A stretch of DNA of 63,529 nt, filler included, from Choristocarpus tenellus KU-1152 (Eukaryota > Protista > Phaeophyceae): the NCBI GenBank assembly GCA_964200185.2. It is 10 parts of 10 records of this genome, joined end to end, with 100 filler letters (N's around TTAATTAATTAA, not from the genome) between each part and the next. Parts side by side here need not be neighbours in the genome. Positions count along the whole stretch, not along the records: positions 38,716 to 42,224 come from CAXNAD020019548.1; positions 42,325 to 47,786 come from CAXNAD020010713.1; positions 47,887 to 54,866 come from CAXNAD020006928.1; 7 more parts are not named here. One strand, written 5' to 3'. The notes under the pieces were generated by a model. It had not been told where the DNA came from. It made no database searches and saw only the letters and a list, made by a program, of their open reading frames with translations. The first letter of the stretch is position 1; every line of letters begins with the position of its first letter. The position numbers were made by a program, and so were the translations under genes. Positions 38,616 through 51,400 of the stretch are shown piece after piece.

Positions 38616-41600
38616 NNNNNNNNNNNNNNNNNNNNNNNNNNNNNNNNNNNNNNNNNNNNTTAATTAATTAANNNNNNNNNNNNNNNNNNNNNNNNNNNNN
38701 NNNNNNNNNNNNNNNGGGGAGGGCTGGCGATAGATTCTGGGACGGGGGTGGGGCTTTCTGGGCTGGGGCTAGGTGGGCTGGGCTCTGGGGTGGTGGAAGG
38801 GGGGCTACCCAGGCCTGAACTCGAGAAGTCGTATTTCTCATAGTAACGGGCTTTTGTGTCTTCCACACGGGGGGTTTCGAACCTCGCCCTGTTCTTCAAT
38901 ACTCCCGGATGAGCGAGCTTATCCCACCGGGCTTTGCGCCCTCCTCGTTGGCGGCCAAATCGATCCTGCGAGGAGACGAAGACGGAGGAAGAGGGCGTTC
39001 AATGTTGACACAAGGATCCTGAGTCTGCCGAGAGGAATCAGGATAATTTCGCGACGGGATAGCTTGGATCGAGGAAATGTCGTCCAGACCGGCTACTGTA
39101 ATGGGGATGCACTTGTTTGAATCACCAAACGAATGTTCACTAGAGAACTGACGGACGTTCAAGAACAACCACAAAAAGCAGGTAATCGAGGTGGAATAAC
39201 TAGTTCTTCGAATTGTGTTTCCAGGGAATGCATATGGTCAGGTATGGGAGGAGAAATGCTGAGAAAACTCTTGAGGGGATTGCAATTTGGTTGCACCTGC
39301 TTGCTCTCGCGTTTCTGAATCATGGAGGCATCTCGGAAACGTTTCATCTTACGAGAATCCTTTTGCCGCACCCTGTCACCTCCCTCGTCTCCAAATGTAA
39401 TAGGGGGAGTCATGGTCCCACAAGTTCGCACTCAACACCCACCCCAATCCCACCTACAGTAAATACACGCGTTAATCTATAACCTAAATCTCTCCAAACC
39501 CCATTGGCGCGGTGACATGGCCACCAGCCCAGCAACCTAGCTTGAGTACATTGTACAATTTCCCTCAGTGTTCCCTACGTTTAACTTTACCCTCTCCACG
39601 ATTTCCAGACCATTCTTTACGTGTAAAACTCTACAACAACGATGTACAAATTCGAGTTTGGTAGCATGGTCTAGTTGGTCAGCAGTGTTGCCACGTGGTC
39701 CCACCGAATAGCCCAATCGCGCGATGGACCCTTAATGGTATAGTATGTGAAAACTACATCAAACAAGGTTGAAAAGCTACATGATACGTGTACGTACCAC
39801 AACACATAATAAGTTATATAACTCTGCAAAAGCTCCCTCCCTGTGACAGACTGGACTATGAGATGCAGTAGCACCTCATCGTTCTCCTCCTCGACTGGAC
39901 GCTCTTTAGGGTTTCAAGCCATTCGAATACTAACGACTCTGTCTATCCTCATCCTACAGGCGAAAGCTTTCGTTCTTTGTGGAGGTAACCCACATGTGTA
40001 ACTGGGATGCAACGTGCTGTTCCGAACAAGCTTTTAATACTTGTGTGCTGTTATCACCTAGACTTGCTAGGAAGGTGCCAACAGGAGTAGAGATTCGAGT
40101 GCAACACAGACTAGCACATTCGCTTGTCTTTCTCACAGTCTCACCTTTCGAATGTTTCTATGTGGAGTTCTCCGCCATACCAAGAACTCGGAATCCTTGT
40201 CTATTAGTTCAATCTTTGTTGAAGTCAAAGTCTGTCGTTGAAAAGTGCTGTACTCTATAGCCCACGCGTTTCAACTCGATCATGTCGAGTACTACATTTT
40301 GGAGCACCAGGATCACAGTGAATCTCCTTTTTTCTAGCGTGTCAGAACCCAAACTCCATCTTCAACTCAGTTAAGAACAAACGAGTCGCTTCAGTTGTGA
40401 GTGGAGGAGTGATTGTTTATCTGTAGTGCCCCATAGCACCTGGAAATCATCAAATGTATCTGCCTCGTTCCATCGACTACAACACGTCGACTACGACAGG
40501 GCAATCACCTTTAGACCATTGCAGATATGACTGCAGTAGTCGTATCTAACCCCCACAATTCGACCATGACGCCATTGGAAAGGGTCAACAGGGTCAACAC
40601 TCGCCAGGTCCCCAAGACTTGTTCGGTCTGTCACAACTAAATGTGGGGCTGGAACTAAACACAACCTTGTTATGACATCGAAGGACCTGGGCGAAGGAAA
40701 AACCAAAGTCCTCTTCGTGTGTCTAGGAAATATCTGTCGCAGGTGACCGAGGTGTTGTGATCAAAGAAGTGAAGCCTACCGAAATATTGCCTCCCCCCCT
40801 TTCCCAGCTCCCCCCCCGAACTAGTGCCAGATATAGTCAGCGTAAGTGTCACCTTGCAAAATCGTTGCCACAGAATGTAAAGAGTCAACTCTACTTTGGC
40901 GCTTTTCCTCTGAAAGAGACTCTTCTCGTCTGCAAGGTATGAGAACAATGCTGAGATCAAGGGCACGTTCAAGCAATGAACCCCATAAACATTAAGTAGT
41001 AAAGTCGTCTGCCTGGGATCTGGTACGTATACCTCCTCGTGAGTGGCCCTCTCCCTCTCAGGAGGTACACCAGCACACACTAGTATCTCAGAAGGACCAC
41101 AGTGTTATTGGGTGATCTTCATTGGCACCCACCTGCCTGTTGAGTCTGAAAAAAAGAAAGGCTAAAACAGGACTTAGTGAAGTAGTGCTTTTTTTAAACC
41201 TTGATTTATTTTCAACATTTTTTTTTCACATTTCAAAGCACTGAAACCTACACAAACAAGCCGTGTACCAACCCCTTACTCTCCACCTCAATTCTCCCTT
41301 GTGTTAACGTTCTTGCTGAAACTTAGTCCATCGGCTGAAGCCGTCTTCAAAGACGTGACGGCCAAAAATGGAGCACAGGATGAATTCTACATTGAATCCT
41401 GTGGTACTGGCGGAGGGAGTTCAAACTGGTGTGTGTATAATTCGGCACTTGTCACACTAGTGTGACCAGGCAACTTGAAACTTGTATTTTGGCGAGCCTT
41501 GTAGTCTTCAAACACGTCTACTAGAGTCAAAAGTACTCTCCTAGAGTACAAAGCAAGTTGTCAATGAGGGGGTTACATTTTGTGTCTACTCATTTGGCAG

Positions 41601-42117
41601 TTTCGTTGTTGTGGCCTCTTTTCAGTCTTCCTTGTATATTTAGTGCATTAGAAGAGAGTCATTTGGTGTTGTGATCGGCGTACAATGAAAGGGCCTCGAC
41701 ATCGTCCTTATTTTATTTATTGATTGCAAATGGAACAGTGAAACATCTAGCTTGTGTAAGTACAAATAGATCCTGGAACGACCCGGTATGGTACTGCATA
41801 ATTGTATCAATACACCAAAAGTCGACATAATTGTAGTAGAACAATACGCGGAAGGGTTCGGAGTCGGCATAGTCAACTGTAAAGAATCACATTCGCAACA
41901 ATTAACCTCCCTGTCGCCAGGTACAAGGATGGTGGTTTCAGCTTCCATGAGGGAGATCCCCCTGATGCTCGTATGACAGCAGCGGCTGCAAAGAGAGGTG
42001 TAAAACTGGGTGGCACTTCACGGCCACTCCGACCACAGGACCTGGACGACTTCGATCTGATTGTTGGGATGGTCAGTAATGGTGAATAAAGAGAACAGGA
42101 GGGAGGGGGAAGTTGGC

Positions 42118-42148
<31 letters not shown>

Positions 42149-42422
42149 AAGGGGGGGGGGGGGGGGTGTGTTTTCAGTTGTATCTATCGCACATGTCACA
42201 GCAGGGGCGCAACCCGAAGCTGAGNNNNNNNNNNNNNNNNNNNNNNNNNNNNNNNNNNNNNNNNNNNNTTAATTAATTAANNNNNNNNNNNNNNNNNNNN
42301 NNNNNNNNNNNNNNNNNNNNNNNNGTTATCATCTGTGGACTTTCCTCGTAGCGTCGTTTGAGGTCATTGGATTTGAGTTGCACATCCTGGAAGGTGATCA
42401 TTGAGGGGCGCCTGTAACATTT

Positions 42423-42683
42423 GAGCCAAACCAATTGAGAGGTAGGCAAAGTTGGTTTTAAGGATCCCGAGAAAGGGCAAAAGACATGGTTTAGTGCAAT
42501 TGCTGAAAGAGCCTTTGCTTAATTGTGGTGTCACTTTGTGTGTGGAAAGGGAAATATCAATTTTGCGTAAATTGTAAATGTGCAGATAAATCAATGTAAA
42601 TAGAGTGTGATTGCACAGGGTGAGAAAGATGGCTTAAAATGCAAAAGGATCCAAACCTACGTACCTCTCTCTTGGTTTGGCTC
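42423..42683. mobile_element. MITE family D copy, complete TIRs
   Basis: gagccaaaccaattgagaggtagg...tacctctctcttggtttggctc. Confidence 0.88.
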
Positions 42684-42898
42684 TTTAGGTTGTTCAAGTC
42701 CCTGTGATGCGAGATTTTTTATTGAAAGGCTAAGGTCTTGATAATGCCATCCCATGTGGCAAGCACAATGGATTGTACACACTGTACTATCCACTCTGTA
42801 CTATACCACAAAAACAGTGGACCAAGATCAAGGTGGAAAAACTTCAGGGTGGGTCTGGCAGAAGATTTGAGGGAGGAAATTGAGCGGTGACTGGTAGT

Positions 42899-43152
42899 GA
42901 GTCAAACCAACCGAGCTGTAGGCAGGGTTGCATCCTAAGGGCCCTGAGAAAGGGCAAAAATGTCATTTTGTACAATTACAGAGAGAGGCTTTGTTTAATT
43001 GTGGTGTGAGATTTTGTGTGTGGAAAGGGGGAATAACAATTTTGCGTGCACTATTGTGCATATTAAACAATTGGAGTGTATTTCACAGGACAAGAAAGAT
43101 GGCTTAGAATGCAGAAGGGTCCAAACCTGCCTACCTCTCAATTAGTTTGCCT
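42899..43152. mobile_element. MITE family D copy
   Basis: gagtcaaaccaacc...cctgcctacctctcaattagtttg. Confidence 0.82.
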
Positions 43153-43351
43153 TTGGTAGTGCAGAACCCAATGTCCAGGGAGGAAGGCAGTAATGGAGGT
43201 AGTTCAATTAGTCGTAGTGCAACAGATAGTTCATAATATGAGAAGCAGGGAAGTGTGAAGCGCCTCTGACTCTGACCACGGGTCAGGATCATTCATGACA
43301 AGAGTATGCCAAAAAAGACTGGAAAAGGGAAATAGTATAGAAATCATAAAA

Positions 43352-43424
43352 TGGAGCGAGAGGGATTTGAACCCTCGATCTTTTCGGTGCAAGCGAAACG
43401 TGTTAGCCCCTTCACCATCGCCCC
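43352..43424 (-). tRNA. tRNA-Ala (UGC)
   Basis: 73-nt cloverleaf: acceptor GGGGCGA/TCGCTCC with the G3:U70 Ala determinant, anticodon arm TTTCG-CT TGC AC-CGAAA, T arm GAGGG-TTCAAAT-CCCTC, discriminator A, then a TTTT Pol III terminator. Confidence 0.85.
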
Positions 43425-43629
43425 TGATGTAGGATACTAGATATTCCAACCATATAAAACTAAAACGTTTGTCTATCTCGATTATCCTATGTAGATTCAT
43501 TTTACAGATGTTTTCGTGGAAGGAAAGTTCTGTATGGCAGAGAATACAATAAAAACAAGAGATAACTCTGTATTGCGTACACTATGACATTTTGATATTC
43601 GGAACGACGGTAGTTATATATTTGAAAAC

Positions 43630-43893
43630 AAAAAAGCGATTGAGAGGTAGGCAGGGTTGCATTTTTTGGATCCCGACAAGGAAAGGGCAAAAAGATACTA
43701 TATTGTAAAATTGCAGAAAGGACCTTTGCTTAATTATGGTATCACTTTGTGTGTGGAAAGTAGGGCTACCAATCTTGCGTGCACTATACCATCTATATTA
43801 AGCAATGAAACAGAGTGTATTGCACAGGGTAAGAAAAATGCCTTAGATTGCGAAAGTGTCCAAACCTGCCTTCCTTTCGATTGGTTTTGGCTC
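43630..43893. mobile_element. MITE family D copy
   Basis: gattgagaggtaggcagggttgc...cgattggttttggctc. Confidence 0.82.
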
Positions 43894-44013
43894 CAAACTA
43901 GGAATCTATGTATACTAGTGAAAGCATTTGTCTGAAAACAAGTAAAAAATTTAATGTGACTCACACCTCCAACTACTCCTAGAGTGGTGCTCTGGAAGGT
44001 GATCTGGAAACAA

Positions 44014-44194
44014 AGCTCAAAGTATCTGAGGGGGGTGCTGGCTGTCCATTCGGGGCCCATTTGTCCATTTCGCGATTTTTGTGTGATTTGGTTGCATGCG
44101 TCAGATGGATAATGTAAGTGCACTTCTCCTGGTCAGGGCCCAAATGAGAACCCTGGAGTAGACCCCCCACCCCCACCCCCAGATACTTTGAGCC
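44014..44194. mobile_element. MITE family A1, complete, 4-bp TSD ACAA
   Basis: acaa|agctcaaagtatct...agatactttgagcc|acaa. Confidence 0.88.
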
Positions 44195-45187
44195 ACAATG
44201 GAAGAGTCCCACGCCTTCCTCATTGGCCCAGTGTCTCTAGGTTGAAAATCTTAAATGTGTATAACACACCTAGAAATCACTACTCGTTGTGCTATGATGT
44301 ACACAACCTGTCGCAGGCACTCCTCCACCGCTACCTTCCAGCTAAGATATCCGCCCCCCGACCATTGACTACATGAGTCGCCACCTCATCCAGGATATAG
44401 TGCACTGCGTTAGTATAGACACTCTTGAACCTTTTAACCACGAAGCTGATGAACCAAAAACGACAAGCTTCAGATAATCCCTTGTAGTGGTTACACTTCT
44501 AGGTCTAAAATTGCAGCAGCAATGGTGCCGTTGTTCGTAGATTAGTCTTTTTATGTGACTGTCCCCTTGGACATTTTCGACTGCCATACCCGCAGGGGTA
44601 GACCTTTCCTGTGAGGGAGAATTAGCTGCATTGGACAGTGTCCCAGTATGGAATACCACATCCATTCTGACATTCCGATAAAAAACCCGGGAGCTCCTGT
44701 TCTTCAGGTGCAAGGAGTGCACATCATCCACTTGTAGATGCTGCCCAGTTACCTGGCCATTTGCTATGCTTGTCCTCCAGCTCTAGGGCATGTGGGTGCA
44801 TGTCTAGTATCCACACCATGTCTTCTACATCCAGCCACTGGGCAGCGATTGGACAGTGCCTCCTCTACAATACCCCAAAGACCAGCTAACCATGAGTCAG
44901 AATTCTGGGGATGAGATCTGCCTTTCTGGTTCGAAGGATTGAGCGTCTGCCCATGCAATTGCCCCCTTTCCCACAGTTGCTCCTCTTGCGATGTGCTTGC
45001 TAAAGCCCTAGCAGAATTTTATCTTACAGTTCTCGGATCCATAGGGATGTTTTTCCAGCTAGGTGCGGAATGGTAAAGTGGATCCAGACGAGGGATGGGA
45101 TCGCATACCAGGCCCGTCTTGGTGTCCCTCCTGCATTTTGCACCAGAGTGTGGACTTCTGGTAGTTGCACTTAAGAGGTTGTACCAC

Positions 45188-45434
45188 CCCAGCGTAGAAG
45201 AAAATACTAGAAAGTTAGTATTCAAACCATTCTATAGGACTGATACATCAATCAAGGTCTGTAAATAGTTCTACAGGTGATGGTCTCAGGCTTGCTAGTA
45301 CCAAGGAAATAATCCGTCGGCATTACGGCACAATTACTCTAAGAGATCGTAAAATATTCAAAGGTTTACTTGTTGAAACCCAAGTACCTATTTTAAGGAG
45401 TTCTAAACGCGAAATGTTAAACAACAAACACTAG
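45188..45434 (+). pseudogene. Bacterial sensor histidine kinase C-terminal (HATPase_c) fragment, EnvZ-like
   Basis: RKLVFKPFYRTDTS/RSVNSSTGDGLRLASTKEIIRRHYGTITL…GLLVETQVP: F-box, decayed G2 box (GLGL) and HGG.I motif. A 4-bp atca duplication causes a frameshift. No introns, AT-rich. Confidence 0.8.
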
Positions 45435-45449
45435 CTTGTAGCAGACTAA

Positions 45450-45756
45450 ATGATAGAACATTATCTACACCATCTAGCAATAATAATGGATAGAAATGCT
45501 CGTTGGGCAAACAAGCATAATAGAACAAAGGCTGGAGGACATAAAAAGGGAGCAGTAACAACAAAATCATTGCTACTTTGCGCATCAAATTTAGACATGG
45601 AGAATGTTAAACTTTATGCTTTTTCTTCAGAAAATTGGCAACATCCTCAAGAAGAAGTTTTCCATCTTAATTAATCTACTGAGCCATTATGTAAAAGAAA
45701 GTACGAATGTCCATAGCGCTAATGGAACACGCCTAAAGGTCACTGGGACCATCAGT
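45450..45756 (+). pseudogene. uppS: Bacterial undecaprenyl-diphosphate synthase 5' fragment
   Basis: HLAIIMDRNARWA…GHKKGA…LYAFSSENWQHPQEEV…LLSHYV…NGTRLKVTG. DGN is changed to DRN, there is a frameshift at ~45670, and the fragment is truncated at about 100 codons. Confidence 0.92.
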
Positions 45757-46974
45757 GTATGGTGCAAGGTTCATGATGCCCGCTGTGGCTAGGAGACCCA
45801 GCTCTGGTTGTAAAGGTTGACAGTTCCGAGGAGGAAACATGTACCTCTTTTCGATACACAGGAAAATACCCCCCCCTGTAGATCAACTTTGAGGTATCGG
45901 AAGGCTCCTATGGTTGTAGCATCAATCCTTTGGGAGGAGAGGGATGAGCCATCCAAATGTCCGTGTAGTGAGATCCCCTGCGGCCCAGGAATTGTCTGGA
46001 GACTTTTCAGTTCCTAGGAGGTGGCGAGACAGAATAGGAGGGGGTCTAGAGAGTCAACTTGTTTTGCTCCCGACCTTGAATTTAGGATTTCCCAAACGCT
46101 TCATCCAAAGGGGAGAGTAGATTCGGCTAGTCTTCATAGATCTTTGCCACGTAATGGAGAAGCCATGGAACGACCTCTAGGAGGGTTTTAATAAAGGCAT
46201 GGGATTACACACTGTTGAATGTATTCCCATGCCCACGCTCATGCCATAAGTGAATATCCCGTAGAGCTTGCTCCATGCTGTTGGGAACACTACCGCCAAA
46301 TTGGCTTATGTCTCCCTGTTACGGCTCCAAGTATGGACACCAATCAGTGTAGAACACCGAGCCATGTGCCCTCCTGAAGAAAGAGCCATATACTACTGAG
46401 GGTAGAAGCTCTCTTCCCTTATGACAGAGAGTTGAGAGATTGTATGTAGAGCCTCCAAGACCCAGAAGGGAGGGAATCCGAAGATGTAAAATCATGTTCC
46501 AGAGCTTTGCAAAGACCTTGTGTATAGCTCGTGGGCAATAACGTTTGTGATAGCTGAGTGGATATACCTGCAATAGGTCACCAGGGGCCTGGGGTGAAGT
46601 TGATGTTTTCCTGCACGAAGGTCATGCTTAGGGAAGCAGGGGAGTATCCCCTTCTTGGAGGGCAATAATGCTATTCCCTGCACCACTCCTCTGCTGCTGC
46701 CTTCTCCTTGGCCACCGCGATCACCTGCCTGAGGGTGTAGGAGTTTTCAGTTGGGCACTTGGAGACAGGAGCCCTCAAGAGTGGCCTCATTTCGCGGCAA
46801 GTGAGGTTGAGCCAGAAGCACACCCGCTGCTTGCTTGGAGGTGCCATCATGATAATGGCGTCTGAGTACAGCTGGCTGGTGCTATCTGTATTCTCGATCC
46901 TCTCCTACAGAACCTCTGGACTCCTGAGGTTGGTTTTCCCTCCGTGGTACCTCAAGCAGTCACTTGATCAAATT

Positions 46975-47233
46975 GTCAAAGCAAATGAGAGGTGGGCGTG
47001 GTTGCATTATCAAGGATCCTGAGAAAGGGGAAAAACATGTCGTGCTATACAACTGTCGAAAGATCCTTTGCTGAATTGTGGCGTCACTTTGTGTGTGGAA
47101 AGAGGGGATATCAATTTTGAATACGCCGTTGAGAGCATTAGGCAATAAAGAAATAGTGTATTGCACAAGGAAATGAAGATAGCTTAAAATGCAAAAGGGT
47201 CCAAACCTGCCTACCTCTCAATCGGTTTGGTTC
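46975..47233. mobile_element. MITE family D copy
   Basis: gtcaaagcaaatgagaggtggg...cctgcctacctctcaatcggtttggttc. Confidence 0.82.
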
Positions 47234-48412
47234 AACTAGAAACTCTATATGTTCCCATGGGGCACCCTAGTGAAGCGCTTTGCCGTAGAAAAGTTGATAT
47301 TGGGCAGTAAAGGACAGGAGATGAATGCTATAGCAGGCCCTGGACATTGATTCCCCTCCCTTGGTGAATAGGGCCTCATGCAGGAGAATTTCACAATAAA
47401 GCATGACAATATTTGCTGAAATGCTAAGATATAAGATCGGCATGTCCTTTTAGGTAGAAAAATCCAAACGTTTGCTGTGTCTTAGGTCACCCATCAGCAC
47501 GGTTCAAGGACTGCTGACTAAATGCTGGGGGTGTGGACATCCTGCCGGTAGTGCACCTTTAGGGTCTCAAGGGCCTCCAGTAAGGTGGACGGGGGATCAT
47601 GCATCATCTTGTCCCTGGACCCCTTTCAGTTCCCCAAGGCCCTGCCCTGCCACTCCCACGATCCTGACACATTCCCACCTCCCCTATTGGTTTAAATCTC
47701 ACTGCCCTACTGCCCCCCCCCCCCCCATCCCCCTGGGACCACATCCCTTGCCCCCTTACCCCCCCCCGCATGTTTTTTCTTGCTCCNNNNNNNNNNNNNN
47801 NNNNNNNNNNNNNNNNNNNNNNNNNNNNNNTTAATTAATTAANNNNNNNNNNNNNNNNNNNNNNNNNNNNNNNNNNNNNNNNNNNNTTTGTGGCCGGGGG
47901 GGGGAATTTTTTGTCTTTTGTTGGTGAAAGCGTGGGGGGGGGGGGGGGGGGGTGCCGGCGTCCGGTTTTGACCCTTACTTCGTCTGATTTTACACAAAAC
48001 TTGGTACTGAATTTGTAAGGTAAAACAAAAAGAGGTTCTTCAAAACGTTAATTTGACTGGAAGCACATTATGGTTGTACGACCCTTCTTCTCAGACCACT
48101 AGATTCTGGTATGCGCTCTGGTCTGCGCAGTAATCTTTTTTGCAGTATGAAGTTCCGATTGACGTTTTGTGTAACCAGCGTGTACTTCAAAGGAGGAAAT
48201 AACGGCCTTCTTGTACACATCGTACTGGGCAAAGTCTGTCATATACGTAAGAGTGCCTCTTCAATAACTGTTTTTTCCCATCTGGTGTGAACATGTTGCA
48301 GTGGGTTTGTATCATTCTCTTCCCACATCACAGGTACACTAAACACAATTTGAATGCTTTGTGGAGTTTTTTGCACCACTATGTGCCCTTGCACACATTC
48401 TTCTCTGATCAC

Positions 48413-51400
48413 CTGAAGCTGTAGTCCCTTCTCCCTTGTGGAAGCTTCTATCTCCTTGCGGAAACCTTCTTCGCGCCTTCGAAAGTTTTGCAGCTCCTTC
48501 TCTAGGCTCTGCACCTGGTTCTGTTAAGGTTTGAGAGGGGATTGGGGGGGGGGGGGGGGGGGAGAGGGGAGGGAAAGGTCAACCGGGGATCGAGGAATAG
48601 GGGATGGGGCACAAAGGGGAAAATTTTNNNNNNNNNNACCCTCCCCCCCGCTTGGGAGGTTTTTTCCCCTCTTGTTGGGGGTTCGGCTCTTGGTTGTTTA
48701 GGGTGTGGGGGGGGGGGGGGGGGGGGGGGGGGGGGAGGTAGATGGTAGGGAAAGGTCATACGATGATCGAGGAATATGGTATGTGGCACAAAGAGGAACA
48801 TTTTGACCTATAGAATATAGCCCAAGTATCACATTGACCCAATAGGAAAGATTCCTTCTATAACCTCACCTACTTGTACACTTCAATCTTTCCTAAATTC
48901 AGAGTGTGTCAGTTCAGGTTGGGCCCCCCTGTGGAATAATACCATCAATCTCAAGTGTGATGGAGGTAAGAGATAGGGATTCCATGCAAGTAGTGAGTTT
49001 GACAGCTGAACACAACTAAATAATGGAGAATGCACACTTACAATTAAGTCTTGGGTATGTCTTCGCCCTGTAAATGGGACTGAGTGGCATTGGTAATGCG
49101 ATTGGATTGGTTGTCTATTTTCTAAAGATGAGCCAGCCCTGACAACACAAGCACAGCGAGCATATACAACATTTCCTGTATGCCCACGGTGTTGAATGGG
49201 TCAAAATGATTCCTCTACCACATTGCCATGGAAGATATAACCTGCTATGGATATTGGTTATTGAATCCTTGGAAGCAAGCGGGAAAGTTGTATTATCAAC
49301 ATACGAAGGACTGTTTCAAATGAGTGATTATGGCATGAAGTGAGGCCGTTGGAGTGACCTATTAACAATATCCCTTCCAAACCCTAGTGGCATGTTGGTG
49401 GGTGCCTTGAAAATATAATTGTGGATGTGCATGTGCACACATGTGTGTGTATGCGTGTGGATGTGTTTGTCTGAAGCATGTGTTTATGTGATCCATGTGT
49501 ATGTCCAATACATCACTGTCTATCTCTCGTCTCAGCAATTATTGACAGATCACATAAGTTATTCTATATTTAAAAATCCTACCAACGTACGTTTATTTCA
49601 AAGTGGTACAACAATACCTCTTCTTGTCAGCTTTTTACCATGTAGAATTAAATGTAAGAGGTGGGGGACGGGGAAAAATGCGATTCGGAACACTATAAGT
49701 CGGAAGTCCAGCAACTCAATGATTGCAGTTCTGATCTCTTGTAACTAAGTGACTTTGTCCAGCCTCCCACCGAAAACACCAGCAACACAATTGCCTGAAG
49801 TAGTAAACCCTGATTGCAATGTCGGAATGGACTGATCATCATAATCGTTTTTTTAACCGGGTGTCAAAAAGCTTCGGACCAGTGGAAGGTTTACAGAAGG
49901 GCATCAGAGTGGATGGAGGAGAGAGGAAGGGAGATATTGAGGCTCGGAAAACCAGAGAGAGCAGTCATCCGTTGTACCTGTGCCACGGAGAGGGGCGTTT
50001 TACTCTCCTCCAGCAAGTTCTTGAAGCGCTCAGTAGCCTTCTTTTCTCGCTCTATTTTGCGTTCCCACTGTCCTAGCTCGGTGCGATTGCGGCTGATTTC
50101 ATTGTCCTGGGAAGACCGTCATGACCAGGGTTGAGCGGGGTGGTGAAGGGTCTTGGGCGAGGGTACTCATGTCACTGTTAGAGAGGGGGAGTTCTTGAGG
50201 TTTTTGGAGGCTTGCGTGGTATATATTGCTTTTTTTAAGGTGAGGAGAAGAGTACTTTTGTCACTAAAATTCAGATTATGGTGGAAGAAATCATAGGGTG
50301 TCAACCTGAAAGGAACGTTTTGTCACCCTGTCTGCAAAATCGCGCATTGAATGAGATAAATATCCTTGCCCTAGGGAAGAGGTCAAAATCTTTTGAGTGT
50401 CCTGAACATTTTAGAGGAACGTAAATGATGTAATTGGTTGTTTCCTATGCTATATGATTTTATCTATAGTTCATATATCACATGAATGACAAGTGTTTTA
50501 TAAGTGTATGTTTATTCTACTGTGGCATGTGCAACCCTAAACCTAGCTCCTGTACCCATACTAAGAGCACCTTAGCTTTGATCTCCCTTTCAGCCTCTAT
50601 GTTCTCCACGCTGAGCTGACTGTTCTTGTACATCTGTTCGGGGGGGGTTTGCGTATGATGGTGAGGGGGTATGTGGGAGAGAGGAGTTGCATGGAAGTGA
50701 GACAGAAACCTGTGTTCAACAAAAGATCAAAAGGTAAAAAGGGGAAGGTGGCGGGATACAGGCAACCAGGTCGGAAAGTAGAGGCAAAGGAATCGCAACC
50801 TGCAGTGCAGGGCCATGGAAGAGGGACTATTAGCTCACTGTATATGAGGTCCCGACATATCTCCAATATCCTCTCGCCTTTTGGTAGTATGCTACTGCAC
50901 TTCTAAGGCATCCTTCATGTAAAGTAAATCACATTAGCACGAGAATAGCCTCAATGCCTTGAAAATACTAAGAGAGCCACAAGGGACTGTATTACGACTT
51001 TTGAGGGTTATCAGTAAGGTGGAATCACACCTTGCCCCCCTTTGTGTGTTGCTGGGATGTGAGTTGTGCAGATGAAAGACCGCCAATGTGCATTGATTAC
51101 ATTAGAATAGCAGATTGTTGAATTTTACTTTGATTTGAGCTATCCAATGGGAGCTTCTTGCAAGCAAGTAACACTCTACAATTAGACTCTCCTAGAGCAA
51201 TGTCAAGGGGGCAAGATAGCAGGTTGAAGTGCATCCTATTGGCTCCATGTGATGATTAAGTAATTACGTTGGTGTAAATGCTACCTAACCCTGCAATGTT
51301 ATCACATTGTTTCTGCATTGTTGATGCTGGCATGACTCTCGAAGTTGTGTTAAGCAGGGTGAAATTAAAGTCAGATCATATCTCCGTGGCCAACACATTT

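Larger units (their letters stand above)
44350..46960 (-). mobile_element. Degenerate CRE-like non-LTR retrotransposon (RT, CCHC knuckle, restriction-like endonuclease)
   Basis: RT remnants (SQFGG…, PWLLHYVAKIY, QQVDSLDPLLFCLA ~ QQGDPLGPLLF), CPVAGC…RHAPTC knuckle and RMDVV REL motif. Many stops and frameshifts. Confidence 0.65.

Noticed and set aside
48530-48810. Apparent tandem duplication with poly-G around a 10-N gap (also 57080-57270 and 36600-36700)
   Set aside because: Low-quality read ends duplicated either side of scaffold gaps; the poly-Pro and poly-Gly ORFs are artefacts.
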